From: Bigelowiella natans CCMP2755
Taxonomy: Eukaryota > Protista > Cercozoa
Length of the DNA stretch: 64,000 bases
Reading direction: 5' to 3'
Assembly: GCA_000320545.1 (NCBI GenBank)
Contig: ADNK01002054.1
Coordinates: 21,899 to 85,898 of the forward strand
Below the pieces are notes generated by a model. It did no database searches, was not told the DNA's origin, and saw only the letters and a list, made by a program, of their open reading frames with translations. A program made the position numbers and the translations under genes. How positions within the stretch are numbered: the first letter of the stretch is position 1; each line of letters starts with the position of its first letter. Below are positions 25,035 through 47,920 of this stretch, in pieces.

Positions 25035-27707
25035 ATGAGAGGAGGAAAACCACTCCCATCGACGCTGCTGTTAAATTTTTTGTTTTTAGCTCTGCGCCTT
25101 GTTGTGGTAGGAGGCAGCAGTGGAGTATATGCAGGCCAGACAAGGCTGAGGCCAGGTGTGATTGCGAAGCGATTACATAATAAAGCACATCATCGCCCCT
25201 TTCGGAATAAGGCGTCCTTGAGTTCGTTCCGGCAGAACTCGAGAAATAGAGAAATAGTCCAGATGTACGCAGGATATTCCGATGAGTCAGGCCGCAGGCG
25301 GCGGGGCAACTTGGGTGATGACTTCGATGACTTGTTCGACTTGATTGAGCAGTTTGGAAGAGCGTTTCGAGGGTAGTAGTTTGATCAAATTAGACGCAGC
25401 AGCAGCCTAGTACCGATAAAAAGAAATGGAAACCATTTAATTAGGAATATTTTGTGATTTTGATTGAAGAATGTCTCCATATACGCATCATCATTTCTGA
25501 GAAGTTTAAACGACTCCTCCCATAGGTACGGCGGAAACTACGAAGATGGAATGGGGCGAGAGCAGGCACTCCAGTCCTATGAGCAGGACTTACAGCGTAT
25601 TCGGGAAAAGCGTAAAGAAGCGGACAGGCTGGAGCAGGAGCGTACCGAGCGTCTGGCAAGAGAGAACGAACGCAGGTTCGACTTCAAACGCCAAATTCCA
25701 GACAAGAAGGATATTTCCATATCGACGAATGTCAAGCAATATAGGAATCCCGCTGAAGTTGTACCGCGTCTCGAGATGTCCCAGAGTGAGGACATGTACA
25801 GCTATACGCTAGATGTTCAGGGGATGGGTCGCGAAGACCTCAAGCTAAGCATGCAGGATAATATCGTAATTGTCGAAGGAAATAAAATGGTGAAAACAGA
25901 CGATGGTTACCACTCACATAGTTTTAAGCGCTCGTTTGCGTTGCCAAAGGACGCAGATCTGGCAACGGTCAACTCTCGCGAGCTGACCAACGGCCACATT
26001 TTGATAGAATCGAAGCGCATTGCACCCGCCCCCTCTGCGCCGGTTCGAGAGATCAAGATTGAGCGAATTCCAGCAGCAGCAGCGCCAAAACCACCCTCCT
26101 CTTCCTCCTCCTTCAGTGCTCCAGAAAAACAACAACAAGAGCAGAAACAACAGCCGTCGCAAGAGCAACCACAATTCTCAGCAAAAGCTACTACTACTCC
26201 TCCTACTAGTCCAGCCGCAGAGTCAGTAGCACCACCACCACCACCACCACCACCACCACCACCTACCGCTACTACCCCTCCACCAAAGCAGCCTTCACAA
26301 GCACTTAATGACGTCGTTCCCTCCCAGCAGAACGATGACATTTCCTCCTACCCTTCTCCCTCCTCTGCATCAGCATCATCATCATCAGCGGCAGCAGCAT
26401 CCGCTGCACCACCAGGACCACCAGTAGTAGTAGGATCTGGAGGAGGAGTAGACGACCTCATCAGCTTAACCAAGAAGACCGAGTCGTCATCGTCGTTGTC
26501 ATCGTCAAACGTGAGGAGGAAAGCTCCAAGAGCTGATGGATGGGAGCAAGTAGGTCGTGCATGGGTTCTACGTCCTCCTGAGGGAGTGGCGTGGAAGGCC
26601 GCTGTGCACTTCACCGGGGGCGCCTTTGCCTCAATCTTGCCCAGACTATCATACGGGATGCTCTTGGAGAAACTTGCTAAGAGAGGCGTCTTTGTGGTGG
26701 CAACGCCCTACTCAACCGGATTTGACTATAAAAAGTGTGTTGGAGAGGCGTTCAGCGTGTTTAACGAGGCGAGTAAGCTCCTTAAACTAGATAGTGACCC
26801 CATCTCAGGGAAGACAGTTAGTGAACTTCCGGTGTACGGGGTGGGTCATTCTTTAGGCTCAGTGGTACAACTGCTTGGAGGGTGCAGCAGCAGTAGCAGC
26901 ACTTCTGGTGATGATGATGATGTACTACAGCAGGAAAGAAGAAAGGGTAGCGTACTGATCTCCTTTAACAACAAACCAGCTTCCGAAGCTGTACCGATGT
27001 TTGGCAAGGTGGTGGGAGAGGAGATGAGCGATAGTGGAATGGGCTCCTTTGCTCCAATGGTTATGCAGGCGCTCAGCAGCTCCCAGCAGCAACAGATGAG
27101 TTCGGCTATGCAGTCGCAGATGACCCAGGTGAACGCAATGATCAATATGCTTACGCAGAACCCGTCTCAGATTGCGCAATTTGCGCCTATGCTTGAGATG
27201 TTCGGCGTATCCGCGGATCAGGTCGAGGAGCTGCTGCCAGTGCTTAAACAGGTGCAAACCCTCTCCAACGATATGGCGACCGGAAACACAGAGTTCTCAC
27301 CATCACGAGAGGAAATTCAGGATCTAGTCTCATCGGGGAAGTATCAAACGACTCGCAACTTACTCGTAAGATTCGCTGATGATGGAATAGACGAGACTCC
27401 CGCTCTCGAACGGTTGCTGGTTGAAGCAGCGGGAAAAGCTGCTGAGGATAACGTGAAATTGGTTGTGCTTCCTGGAGGGCACACGAGCCCAATGTCTATT
27501 TCAATGCCAGCAGGTGCTGGAGCAAATCCCCAACCAAAGACAAGAGTTGTAGATGATCCCTTTAGCAGCGACTTTCCAACGAGCAGCAGTAGTAGTAGAA
27601 GCATGTCGTCGTCATCGTCGTCAAGGTCGATGTCGAAAGTGCTGCAAGAGCGGGACATGGAGTATTTAGCAGATTCGATTGTAGACTGGATTGAAGATCT
27701 TATCTAG
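25035..27707 (+). CDS. Putative plastid-targeted fusion of an Hsp20/alpha-crystallin domain and a DUF1350-type alpha/beta-hydrolase
   Basis: Exon 1 encodes a signal + transit peptide. The long exon 2 encodes the Hsp20 core (YTLDVQGMGREDLKL...SFKRSFALPKDAD...NGHILI), a P/S/Q linker, then VHFTGGAF...YGMLLEKLAKRGVFVVATPY, LPVYGVGHSLGS, LISFNN, RNLLVRFADDGIDET, LPGGHTSP. Confidence 0.85.
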
Positions 27708-28530
27708 AAACTACCCCCCTGTATTAATTATAATCAGAACTTGGACTAGGGCAGGTCATTTCATGTAATTGGCTTCCAGAATTTGATCCTATGTTCATTC
27801 ATAATACGCACAAAGCGATCTAGAAGTGTCGCTCAACTATGAGACGGGTGTAATGAATGAATTTAAAAAATTTCAAGTGTCGTCCTAATGTAGCTGTCGC
27901 TCAATTGTACATACAATGCTAGCATGTGCGATTAGATGCGTGAGCGACCCTGCTACTACTAAGCTAAGTGACACATGAGACACCCGATGCAATTAGTCGA
28001 TCGCATCATCATACGCATCAATTCTTGGTGACACTTGTCAGTTGTCATGTCATACTGCATTGATTGCATCCATTACTTGCTCTAGTGCTCAAGCTCTAGA
28101 GCTAGCTAGTGCATGGTAACATCGAAGGCAGCTAGCTAGCTAGGTGTCTAGGTGTACTAGTGTAACCGATGTGCACGTTTTCTCAAGCACGCTTGTATGC
28201 ACATATGCTACGACTGGCATAGCTAGATAGGCGGTTTTATGATAAAGCACAGAAGCAGCTGCAAGATGCTTTAACAAAGCTGCGCAACACACACAATATC
28301 CATTCTTATTTGGATCAACATGGTGGATGGGGCGCATGATTTTTCAAACTTTTTTGTCTTAGCATTTCTTTGCATGCAGCATGTACAGAATAATCGTTGC
28401 CATTTGCATGGTGTCTAAGAAGTATTCACGCTTTTCTTTAAGCTGCATCGTAATTTGATCCGAACACTGCAACAAAATAGCATGATGTTCTTTCTGACAG
28501 AAATAATGGAGGATCCAATGCCTGAGCTTA

Positions 28531-31494
28531 TTACAGACGTTCACCATTATGCTCTTCCTCCTCCTCCTCCTCCTCCTCCTCCTCCTCTTCGTCCTCCTCC
28601 TCCTCCTCTTCTTCTTCTTCTTCTTCTTCTTCTTCTTCTTCCCTAGTTTCTGAGAGTCCCATCATTGCACGCATGATTCTTTGTTGCTCTCGTCCATCGT
28701 TGGTGGTACTGTTGGATTGAAAGATCAACGCTACCATCATGGCCCTATCACGCTCCCGCTCTGCAGCGATAGCTCTCGTCTCTGCCTCCTTTCTCGCTCG
28801 GGTCTACGCGTAAAAAAGTAAGTGGGGAGTTCAGTGTAGTACTACTACTACTATTACTACTACTGCTTGTGATCGATCGATCGATCGATCGAATAAAATC
28901 ACAGTGCAGCAGGTTACTTACTACAGTGCAGTAGTATCATTAGATAGATGCTGATGATCTCTCTTACGCTGATGATCCCTCCCCCCACCCCACTTAATTA
29001 TTATTATGACAGACAATAAGCACTTACTTCCTTCTCCAGGAGGTCTCTTAGTAGCTCCACCTCGGTCTTCTCCTTATGGAACCAGTCTCGATTCATGCTG
29101 ATGCATTATAAATATGAGGCGCCCACAGTAGCAATCTTAAAATATATGATTTCTCATAAAAGCTTCCTTTACAAGACAAAGACCACAATAGTATTTAGGC
29201 CGTGGTACATGCAATAGTCCAAAAAGGATGTTGAAGCGACTATCATCTATTTGACTGCTGCATTGTTTTTTTGGGAGGGAGGGTGGCTTGTTCGAAGAAG
29301 ACAATTGAATTGTCACTCTCCTCCTCCTCCTCCTCCTCCTCCTCCTCCTCCTCCTTACCTCATGCTACTAATGCTACAAACGTATCGTTGCTTCAATCTT
29401 GTCTCACAACAAAGCTCTACATTTCCCGCATTATTATTAAAACACAACAATCTAAAGCACAGCATGTCCCTTTGCGAAACCATTTATCGATTTTCGCACA
29501 TGCTGCTACTACTTGCTACTGCTCCTACAACTATACAAACAACATTAATGCAGCACTCACAATCTGAAGATGTACATCCACGTGTCTCGTGGAAGCCGTG
29601 AGATCAATCCATCTCTCCTCCTCTGTAATTATAGAAGCAATACAATATATGATTTGCTTAGGTCATGATAATACGCTGATGATGGAGATCAAGGCTTAAA
29701 AGTTTGTTTTATTATGTATAAGAATGAATTAATTCTTCCTTCGCTTGATCAAATAGCGTAGTAGTAGCTAGCAAAAACCACCACCACCACTTCTTACTTA
29801 CTTACTTACCCTTTGATGCACCAGTATTCCAAAAATCGCCGCCCTGAATTTCTTTGGGAACGAGCAGTGCGATCGAGGAGACCATACTGTTGCCACGAAT
29901 CGGAGATGATGCTGATGCTGCCGCTGCTGCTGCTGCTGGTGGTTACTATGGCTCTTATTCAGATGCTTTAGTCTCGGCGGCGTCAGTCGTCTTCGTTTGA
30001 TTTGTTGCGAAGAAGAAGAATAAGAAGAAGAAGAGGAAGAGGAAGAGGAGGAGGAGGTTATTGTTGCTGTAATCATCATCTCTGTCTCAGCATCTTCTGA
30101 GGAACAACGGGTCTTCTGGTCATGTGCTCCCTCATCCTTCCTTTCATCGTCTCCCGTTCTATTTCTGTTTTTTACTTCCTTCTCCTCCTCATCATCACTG
30201 CTGATCATTGCCTCATGATCCTCCTCCTCCTCCTCCTCCTCCTCCTTCTCCTCAAGACTTTTGAGAAGTGGTGCGAATCTGACGTGGCCTTTTACCTCCT
30301 TGCTAAAGCTATCTGAGCTCCTGCGTGTTACTTTGAGCAGCGTATCGTCAAATGGCCCCTAATCGATGGCGAGGTTAGAGAGAGAGAGATGGTGACAGAA
30401 CAGCAGCAACTTCAGTAGTACCAATACATATTGTTGTTATGGTATGAAATATAAATAAAGGCTAAGAAATTATCAAATGCTGCAAGCAGCTTCACTAAAA
30501 CAATTAATAGAAGAATTATAAATAGTGTATGATCCAACAATAGGTAGGGACGAATATTGTACGACAAATCCAATTACGCATGATTCTCCTTCAATGCATT
30601 GCAAGTAAATGTTACTATGGCTGAATAAGGAGAGCAAGCATGCACACATTACGTCGTAATACATAATCCACGCACCACAAGACAGCCTCCAATTTCAAGG
30701 AACTCTCCAAGTCTCTCGCACATGGAATTGGGGGCCCCTGCTGCGACATAAATCCGATCGTATCGAATATTATGCTGTGGCTGCAAGTCGAAGCAGTTTC
30801 CGGTTATGTACTAATGCAACAATCAAAGAAAGAAAAGGCACTTAATAATGGAAATAATGAAAGTAGTTGGAAGGTGTCAGTGGTTGAGGGCGCAATTAAA
30901 AGAAAAAGGAAGCACACAACCACCAGTCTTTCAGCTTCAAAAAACTTTCAAATCTGTTTTCATTTATTCGCATGAATATGTTGCTCCGACTACGCATGCA
31001 GCACGCACGCAGCACGCACGTATGTACCACACACACACACACATAACCTGAGGTACACAAGGATGCTGCCTCCTCGCTATGTGCTTGAGGATCTTGCGGG
31101 CATTCTCGCTTGGAAGTTCTTGTCTGCCTTCCTTCCCATCCTCACCACCATTAGACGACGAGTCGTTTGAAGGCGATGATTTTTTTCCTAGGGGTGGTGG
31201 GAACAGTACACCCAATTAGATATGTGAAGAAAAGGGGAGTCATATTGAAGGAGACAGGGATGCAGAGGACAGAGGGTGAAGGAAGAATATTGTTCTATTC
31301 AGATTTTGACCTGAGTAGCTATTGTCCGTTCCTGGAAGATCGTATATGAACTTGTAGGATAGACGTTTTTCATTTGCGAAATCTACGACATCTTTGAAGA
31401 TCTCAATACCATGATTGATTCCAGTCTGAAACACCACCAGGCGCCGCAATTATAGCAGCAATTATTCATTACAATTCTAATTGGGAGTAATCCA

Positions 31495-31547
<53 letters not shown>

Positions 31548-31565
31548 TAACTATACGGAGAACAT

Positions 31566-31603
<38 letters not shown>

Positions 31604-31678
31604 AGGAAACACAGCACGAATGAAAGGTGAGCAGAAGATGACGAACCGGCCCGATGATGTTGCCAACCAGCGTGCTGG

Positions 31679-31719
<41 letters not shown>

Positions 31720-32332
31720 GTGAGCATGCATAAATCAAATTAAAATATTGCTATCACAACGATAATATTCGAACAAAACATTCAAACCAAAAATATCCAC
31801 TTCCAGAGCCAACACACAGAAACTTGTCACCTGATTATTGTTGTATGTTTGTGAGGTAGAGTAACAAAAATTGGTGATTCTACTGGACTTATCTCACATT
31901 CACAATTCTCCTTCTACCTTCTCTGAGATCAAGACTTTCGAGAGATGAGGCATACATATGTGGAGCAGACATATGAACGTGGCCATGCCGGATTGGTCGA
32001 TCATCGTACGCGAACTTCGCCATCTCCTTTGGGCAGAAATGCTTTCGATCTGTCGCGAGGAAGGCCGCCTCGACTTCGGGACTCTTGATAATACCGTTAC
32101 CTACCAAACAAATTTCTTTGCTCAATCGTGTATGTGACCATAGGTGGCCAAGACATATGACCATATCATCGAATCGAATCGAACTACGGCTAATTTTGTA
32201 TGCCGGCTCTGCTGTTTGTTTTTTTCCCAAAACCAAGAGAGACTGAGAGAAAATTATGGAAATACGGGGAGGACCTTTAAGTTGCATGGCTAGGTCGAAG
32301 TTATTCCGACCGGAGCATCGCCATGCACACAT
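28531..32332 (-). CDS. Protein-L-isoaspartate O-methyltransferase domain protein (PCMTD-like) with extended C-terminus and poly-Glu tail
   Basis: MCAWRCSGRNN..L...LK, GIIKSPEVEAAFLATDRKHF, AYDDRPI, HMSAPHMYASSLESLDL, FLCVGSGSG, GINHGIEIF, YDRIYVAAGAP. Later WSPRSHCSFPKKFRAAI...LISRLPRDTWMYIF, a coiled coil, and a Glu run before the stop at 28531. Confidence 0.82.
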
Positions 32333-32618
32333 CTTCGAGGGGGGGAAAAAGAGGTTGTGGGATTTGAGGATTAATTTTTAGATATGATGTCGCAGGGTGA
32401 TGATCCCAGTGTATTTCTGTCTAATTTGGACGGTTGTACATGTAGGTACCCCCTTTATTATTCATTATGCGAGCACATGTGAGTGATGCGATCGATCATC
32501 GAGATCCACTCCTAGGAAGGCTTCCATTTTTAATGCATTTAACGATCTTTTTCCATGTCGTACTTAGTAATTCACACACTGCGTGTAAATTGATACACAA
32601 CATAATGAAAAGGAATTG

Positions 32619-43950
<11,332 letters not shown>

Positions 43951-44679
43951 CCATAATCACGCAAGAACGCACATGGATGTTTACAAAAGGTTATACATAG
44001 TAGTAACCCTGAAATTGTTTGCCACCTCGACGCCAGCTCCTTCTCTCTCTACGAAAGTAACCACCATTCTCAACTCCGCCGCCTCTGCTTAACGACGATT
44101 GCCTGGCTATCCCTGCCTCCATCTCCCCCCTCTTGTAGTTCTTTCTATCTAAGTTGTTCTTGCCAGCAGTTTGATCTCCTCTAGCTATCAATCGTCGTGA
44201 CTCTTCCCTCGGCCTCCTACATGCATTTGTTATTGTTGGGTTGCCATTGATCTTTGTTTTGGCACTACTTTGATTATCATTAAAAACCACCTTTGCCTTC
44301 CTCTGTTGCTATTACTACGTTTTCGATACCCTCTTCCATGCCTTGCTTGCTCCCGTACCGCATCGGCCAAATCTGGGAGTAGGTTTGAATTTCAATATCG
44401 TGCTCATCATTTACAACTATCGAAAGGTTTCTTCTGCTCTCTTTCATACCAGTAGACGTCATTGCTGAGATGAGGGCAAGAAAAACCAAGATCACAATGA
44501 GGGACGACTGGATGTCCATAATACGCATAGTAAATTTAGCAATTCGTGCCCTTCTACGTGTGTGATGCCTTCGATCGTGGAGGTGCGTTGCATGGAGAGA
44601 GTGTGACTGCTTAACGCCGAAAGGAGATCTGGGGATGATTGCGAGTAGCTACTGTTTCAGAGCAATGCGTGCTCAATGT

Positions 44680-44763
44680 TGGGGATTTGTGAAGTGCGAC
44701 AAACAAAAAGAACAACACATTCTGGGATTTGTGTAGTGCGACAAACAGAAAGAGCTAAGCATT
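44680..44763 (+). repeat. About 42-bp tandem duplication at the left border of the LINE nest
   Basis: gggatttgtg(a/t)agtgcgacaaaca(a/g)aaaga occurs twice. Confidence 0.8.
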
Positions 44764-44849
44764 TGAGTTCAACTTTTGCGGGTGCGTCAGCGGCCTGGTG
44801 AGTCAATGACAAATGCAGATGTTGGTCAAAGTGTCAACTGCCACCTCAT

Positions 44850-45627
44850 CCATCTGTTGATCAACTTGGACCAGTCCTGTCCGAAACTGGTTGATGTTGA
44901 CCTCAATCGCAGAGTCAGGGCTCATCTGTCCGCCAATGGCAACCTGTGTCGCAGCTTTCACTCGTTCGTCAAACCCGATGCCCCAATCTGCAGATCCAGA
45001 GCCTGGGCGAGGAGCCACATTGGAAGGCCAGCGTCCAGATTGTTTGAGTGCTGTCTTGATGATTGGCATGACAATTCAGGTGTGTTGCTCAAACTTCAGC
45101 TCCATGCTGGGACTTGCGAAACTGAGGAGCACAGGGCCAAAGTTTGCAACTTGCCCCCCTCTTTCTCGGTGTGTCCTCTTTGCAATGCTGAAGTTGTTCA
45201 AAGTGTCAACCACCTCATCCATCATTGCACTCACTTGAATGCAGAGAGATGCAAGCTTCTCTCGCACTTGAGATCAGTTCTGGGTTCAGCTTCTTCCCTC
45301 CACTCTTCACTCTTTGACGCTCCAGACTCCTCCAAAACCAAAATTCTGCTGGGGGCCCCCTCAGACGATCCAATCGTAGATCGTCGTGTGGACATGGCCT
45401 TCAGGAAGTTCTTGCTCAGAGTGGACGTCTTGCGCCGTCAGAATTTTGCCACCAGTGTCATTGCTTCTCAATGACCAAGTCATGCCATTTTGGCAACCTG
45501 GCCAGTTGATCTGCTGGTCACAGTCCTCACTGAAATCAGTTCGAGGCACTGCACTTTGCACACTGCAAGTGTCTTGCCACAATTTGGAAGTGTGGTTTTT
45601 CATCATTGTTTCATTGTTTCATTGTTT
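44850..45627 (+). mobile_element. 5'-truncated non-LTR retrotransposon (LINE) copy A: ORF2 C-terminus, 3'UTR and simple-repeat tail
   Basis: ORF 44776-45474 has the ORF2-type CCHC knuckle CPLCNAEVVQSVNHLIHHC and a following ILLG motif. The 3'UTR is shared with three other copies and the tail is (tttcattg)n. Confidence 0.8.
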
Positions 45628-46016
45628 CCATCATTGTGCTCACTTGAATGCTGTGAGAAGTGAACTTTTCTCGAGTGTGAGAGCAGCTTTGGGCCCAACT
45701 TCTCCTGCCTGTTCTTCACTCTTTGATGCTCCTGACTCCATCAAAACTGAAGTTTTGCTGGGTGCTCCTTCGGAGGATCCACATGGCGTTCAGGAAGTTC
45801 CTGCTCAGAGCAAATGCCTTGCGCCGTCGCCACGTTGCTGCTGGCTGCATTGTCTCACAATGGCCAGGTCACACCAATTTGAAAAAAACCTGCCAGTTCA
45901 CCAGTCACAGTCCTCACTGAAGCTGGTTCGAGACACTGCGTTTCGCACACTGCAAGTGTCTTGCAACACTTTGGAAACGCGGTTCATCATCATTGTTCAT
46001 TGTTCATTGTTCATTG
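45628..46016 (+). mobile_element. LINE copy B (5'-truncated), head-to-tail after copy A
   Basis: Starts ccatcattgtgctcacttgaatgc, homologous to 45219. Encodes SSLFDAPDSIKTEVLLGAPS, has the same 3'UTR, and ends in a (ttcattg)n tail. Confidence 0.8.
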
Positions 46017-47680
46017 ACAAAGGACTTGTTGCACCTTGCCCTGGATCAGGCTCGTGCTTTTCGTTTGAGTTGGGGTTGCAATGTCAGGTCCACTCTTCAC
46101 CGCATTGTGGATTGCAGCCTGTCTGACCGTGGGTTTGACACGTTGGAAAGTTTGGACCAGCTGGCCAGACCCACCTGGCCATCCCAAGCTTGTTGATTTG
46201 GACCTGTCAACCGCAGAGTCAGGGCTCTGCTGTCCACCAATGGCAACTTGTGTCGTGGTGTCTCTCACCTGTCCATCAAACCCGATGCCCCCATCTCCAA
46301 ATCAAGAGCTTGGCTGGTTGGGCCAAGAGCCATGTTGGCAGGCCAGCTTCCAGACTCTTTGAACGCTGTCCAGGTGAGTGGCACGATTGTTCAGGTGCGT
46401 GTGCTGCTGAAACTTCAGTTTCGTGCGAAACTGAAGAACACTCAGGGCCAGAATCCACAATTTGCCCTCTTTGTGATGCTGGAGCTGTTCAAAGTGTCAA
46501 CCACCTCACTCACACTCACCATTGTGCTCACTTGAACGTTGTGAGAACTCAATTGTTCTCCAGCATCAGAGCAGTTTTCGGCCCTGCACCTCCTGCCTGC
46601 TCTTCACTTTTTGATGCCCCTGACTCTGTCAAGACCAAAGTCTTGCTCGGTGCACCCTCGGTTGTCCCTGCAGTTGCATTGCGCAGCGCTGGCAACACAA
46701 CTGTGCTGGTGTGAGCTTTGACAATGCTGAAGTCCACAAAACTGAAACCCTGTTGAACGTGCAACGTGAGCTGACCATGCATGAGCAAACCACCAAAGGA
46801 GAAAGCTCACCGCTTGCTTGCAACACAACTGTGCCAATGTGAGCTTTGACAATGCCAAAGTCCACAAAACCAAAACCCTGTTGAGTGTGCAACGTGAGCT
46901 GATCGTGCACGAGCAAACTGCCAAAGGAGAAAGCTCACCGCTTGCTTGCGGGTCGTTTGGAGCATGCCAAACCAGCCAATTGCGCGCCAATGCACGTCGT
47001 GCGCTGGACACACAGCATCCCCATCAGCAGCATGCTGCGCAGTCACAGTTGCCCAAAACGTCAGGAAAAATCCCCACGATTTTTCCCAAAGTGTTGTGGC
47101 ACGTGGGCCGATTCCACGTCGTGAGAAAAATGCCGAGGGTGCTCCTGGAAAACATCCACGGTTTGACAACCGAGATGGATGTTTTCCCGCTGCACGCACG
47201 TGCCCCCTCCCATGACAATGTTTCTGGGCATGCAACTCACGTTGCATGCCCCTGTGTGACCAGCTGAGCTGCAGTGGACATGGCCTGAACTCACACAAGC
47301 ATGCCTGCATGAAATTGTGAGACGTGACAAAGCACAACGTGCACTCCCATTTGCACTCATGCACGCGCATGCGCACTTGCATGCACTTGGTGGTCGCAAA
47401 CTGACCACAGTCCCCAACGTTGATCTCCGTGTGAACGCAGCTGTCAGGAAGTTCCTGCTCAGGATTGATGCGCCATGCGTCGTCGTCGTTTGATGGGCTG
47501 CCAGTTTGTGATGCTTTTCAATGCTTGCATGGATCGTGCCAATTGGCACGATCCCCGCCAGTTTGCCAGTCAGTCTGTCCCCACTGAAGCCAGTTCGAGG
47601 CACCTCACTTCGTGCACTGCAAGTGTCTTGCCACACTTTGGAAGTGCAGTTTTTCATCGTGGTTTTTGTTCTTGTTCTTG
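46017..47680 (+). mobile_element. LINE copy C, interrupted by an approximately 750-bp insertion at about 46661-47410
   Basis: 46180-46660 aligns to copy A (CPLCDAGAVQSVNHL...KVLLGAPS). Homology resumes at about 47411 (PNVDLRVNAAVRKFLLRID), followed by the shared 3'UTR. Confidence 0.72.
46693..46948 (+). repeat. 128-bp direct tandem duplication inside the insertion
   Basis: caacacaactgtgc...gaaagctcaccgcttgcttg at 46693-46820 and 46821-46948. Confidence 0.92.
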
Positions 47681-47734
47681 CGGATTCCACACCCTGATGT
47701 GCTGGAAGTCATCCACACTCTTGCCACACTCGAC

Positions 47735-47920
47735 ACTCTGCGTCGACGCCACATTGCTGCCAGTCACGCTGCTCCACAATGGCCAGAACACCAATCTCAA
47801 ATTCCTCCTGGTTTCACCAGTTGGTCATCACTGAAGCCAGTTCGAGGCACTGCGTTTCGCACACTGCAAGTGTCTTGCAACACTTTGGAAGTGTGGTTGA
47901 TCATCATTGTTTCATTGTCA
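47735..47920 (+). mobile_element. LINE copy D (3' end only); a further ORF2 fragment lies at about 48495-48560
   Basis: cactgaagccagttcgaggcactgcgtttcgcacactgcaagtgtcttgcaacactttggaagtgtggtt followed by a tcatcattgtttcattgt tail. Confidence 0.75.

Noticed and set aside
45528-47920. The recurring roughly 70-bp block as a CRISPR-like repeat-spacer array
   Set aside because: Spacing is irregular, the intervening sequences are homologous to each other (LINE bodies), there are no cas genes, and the context is eukaryotic.
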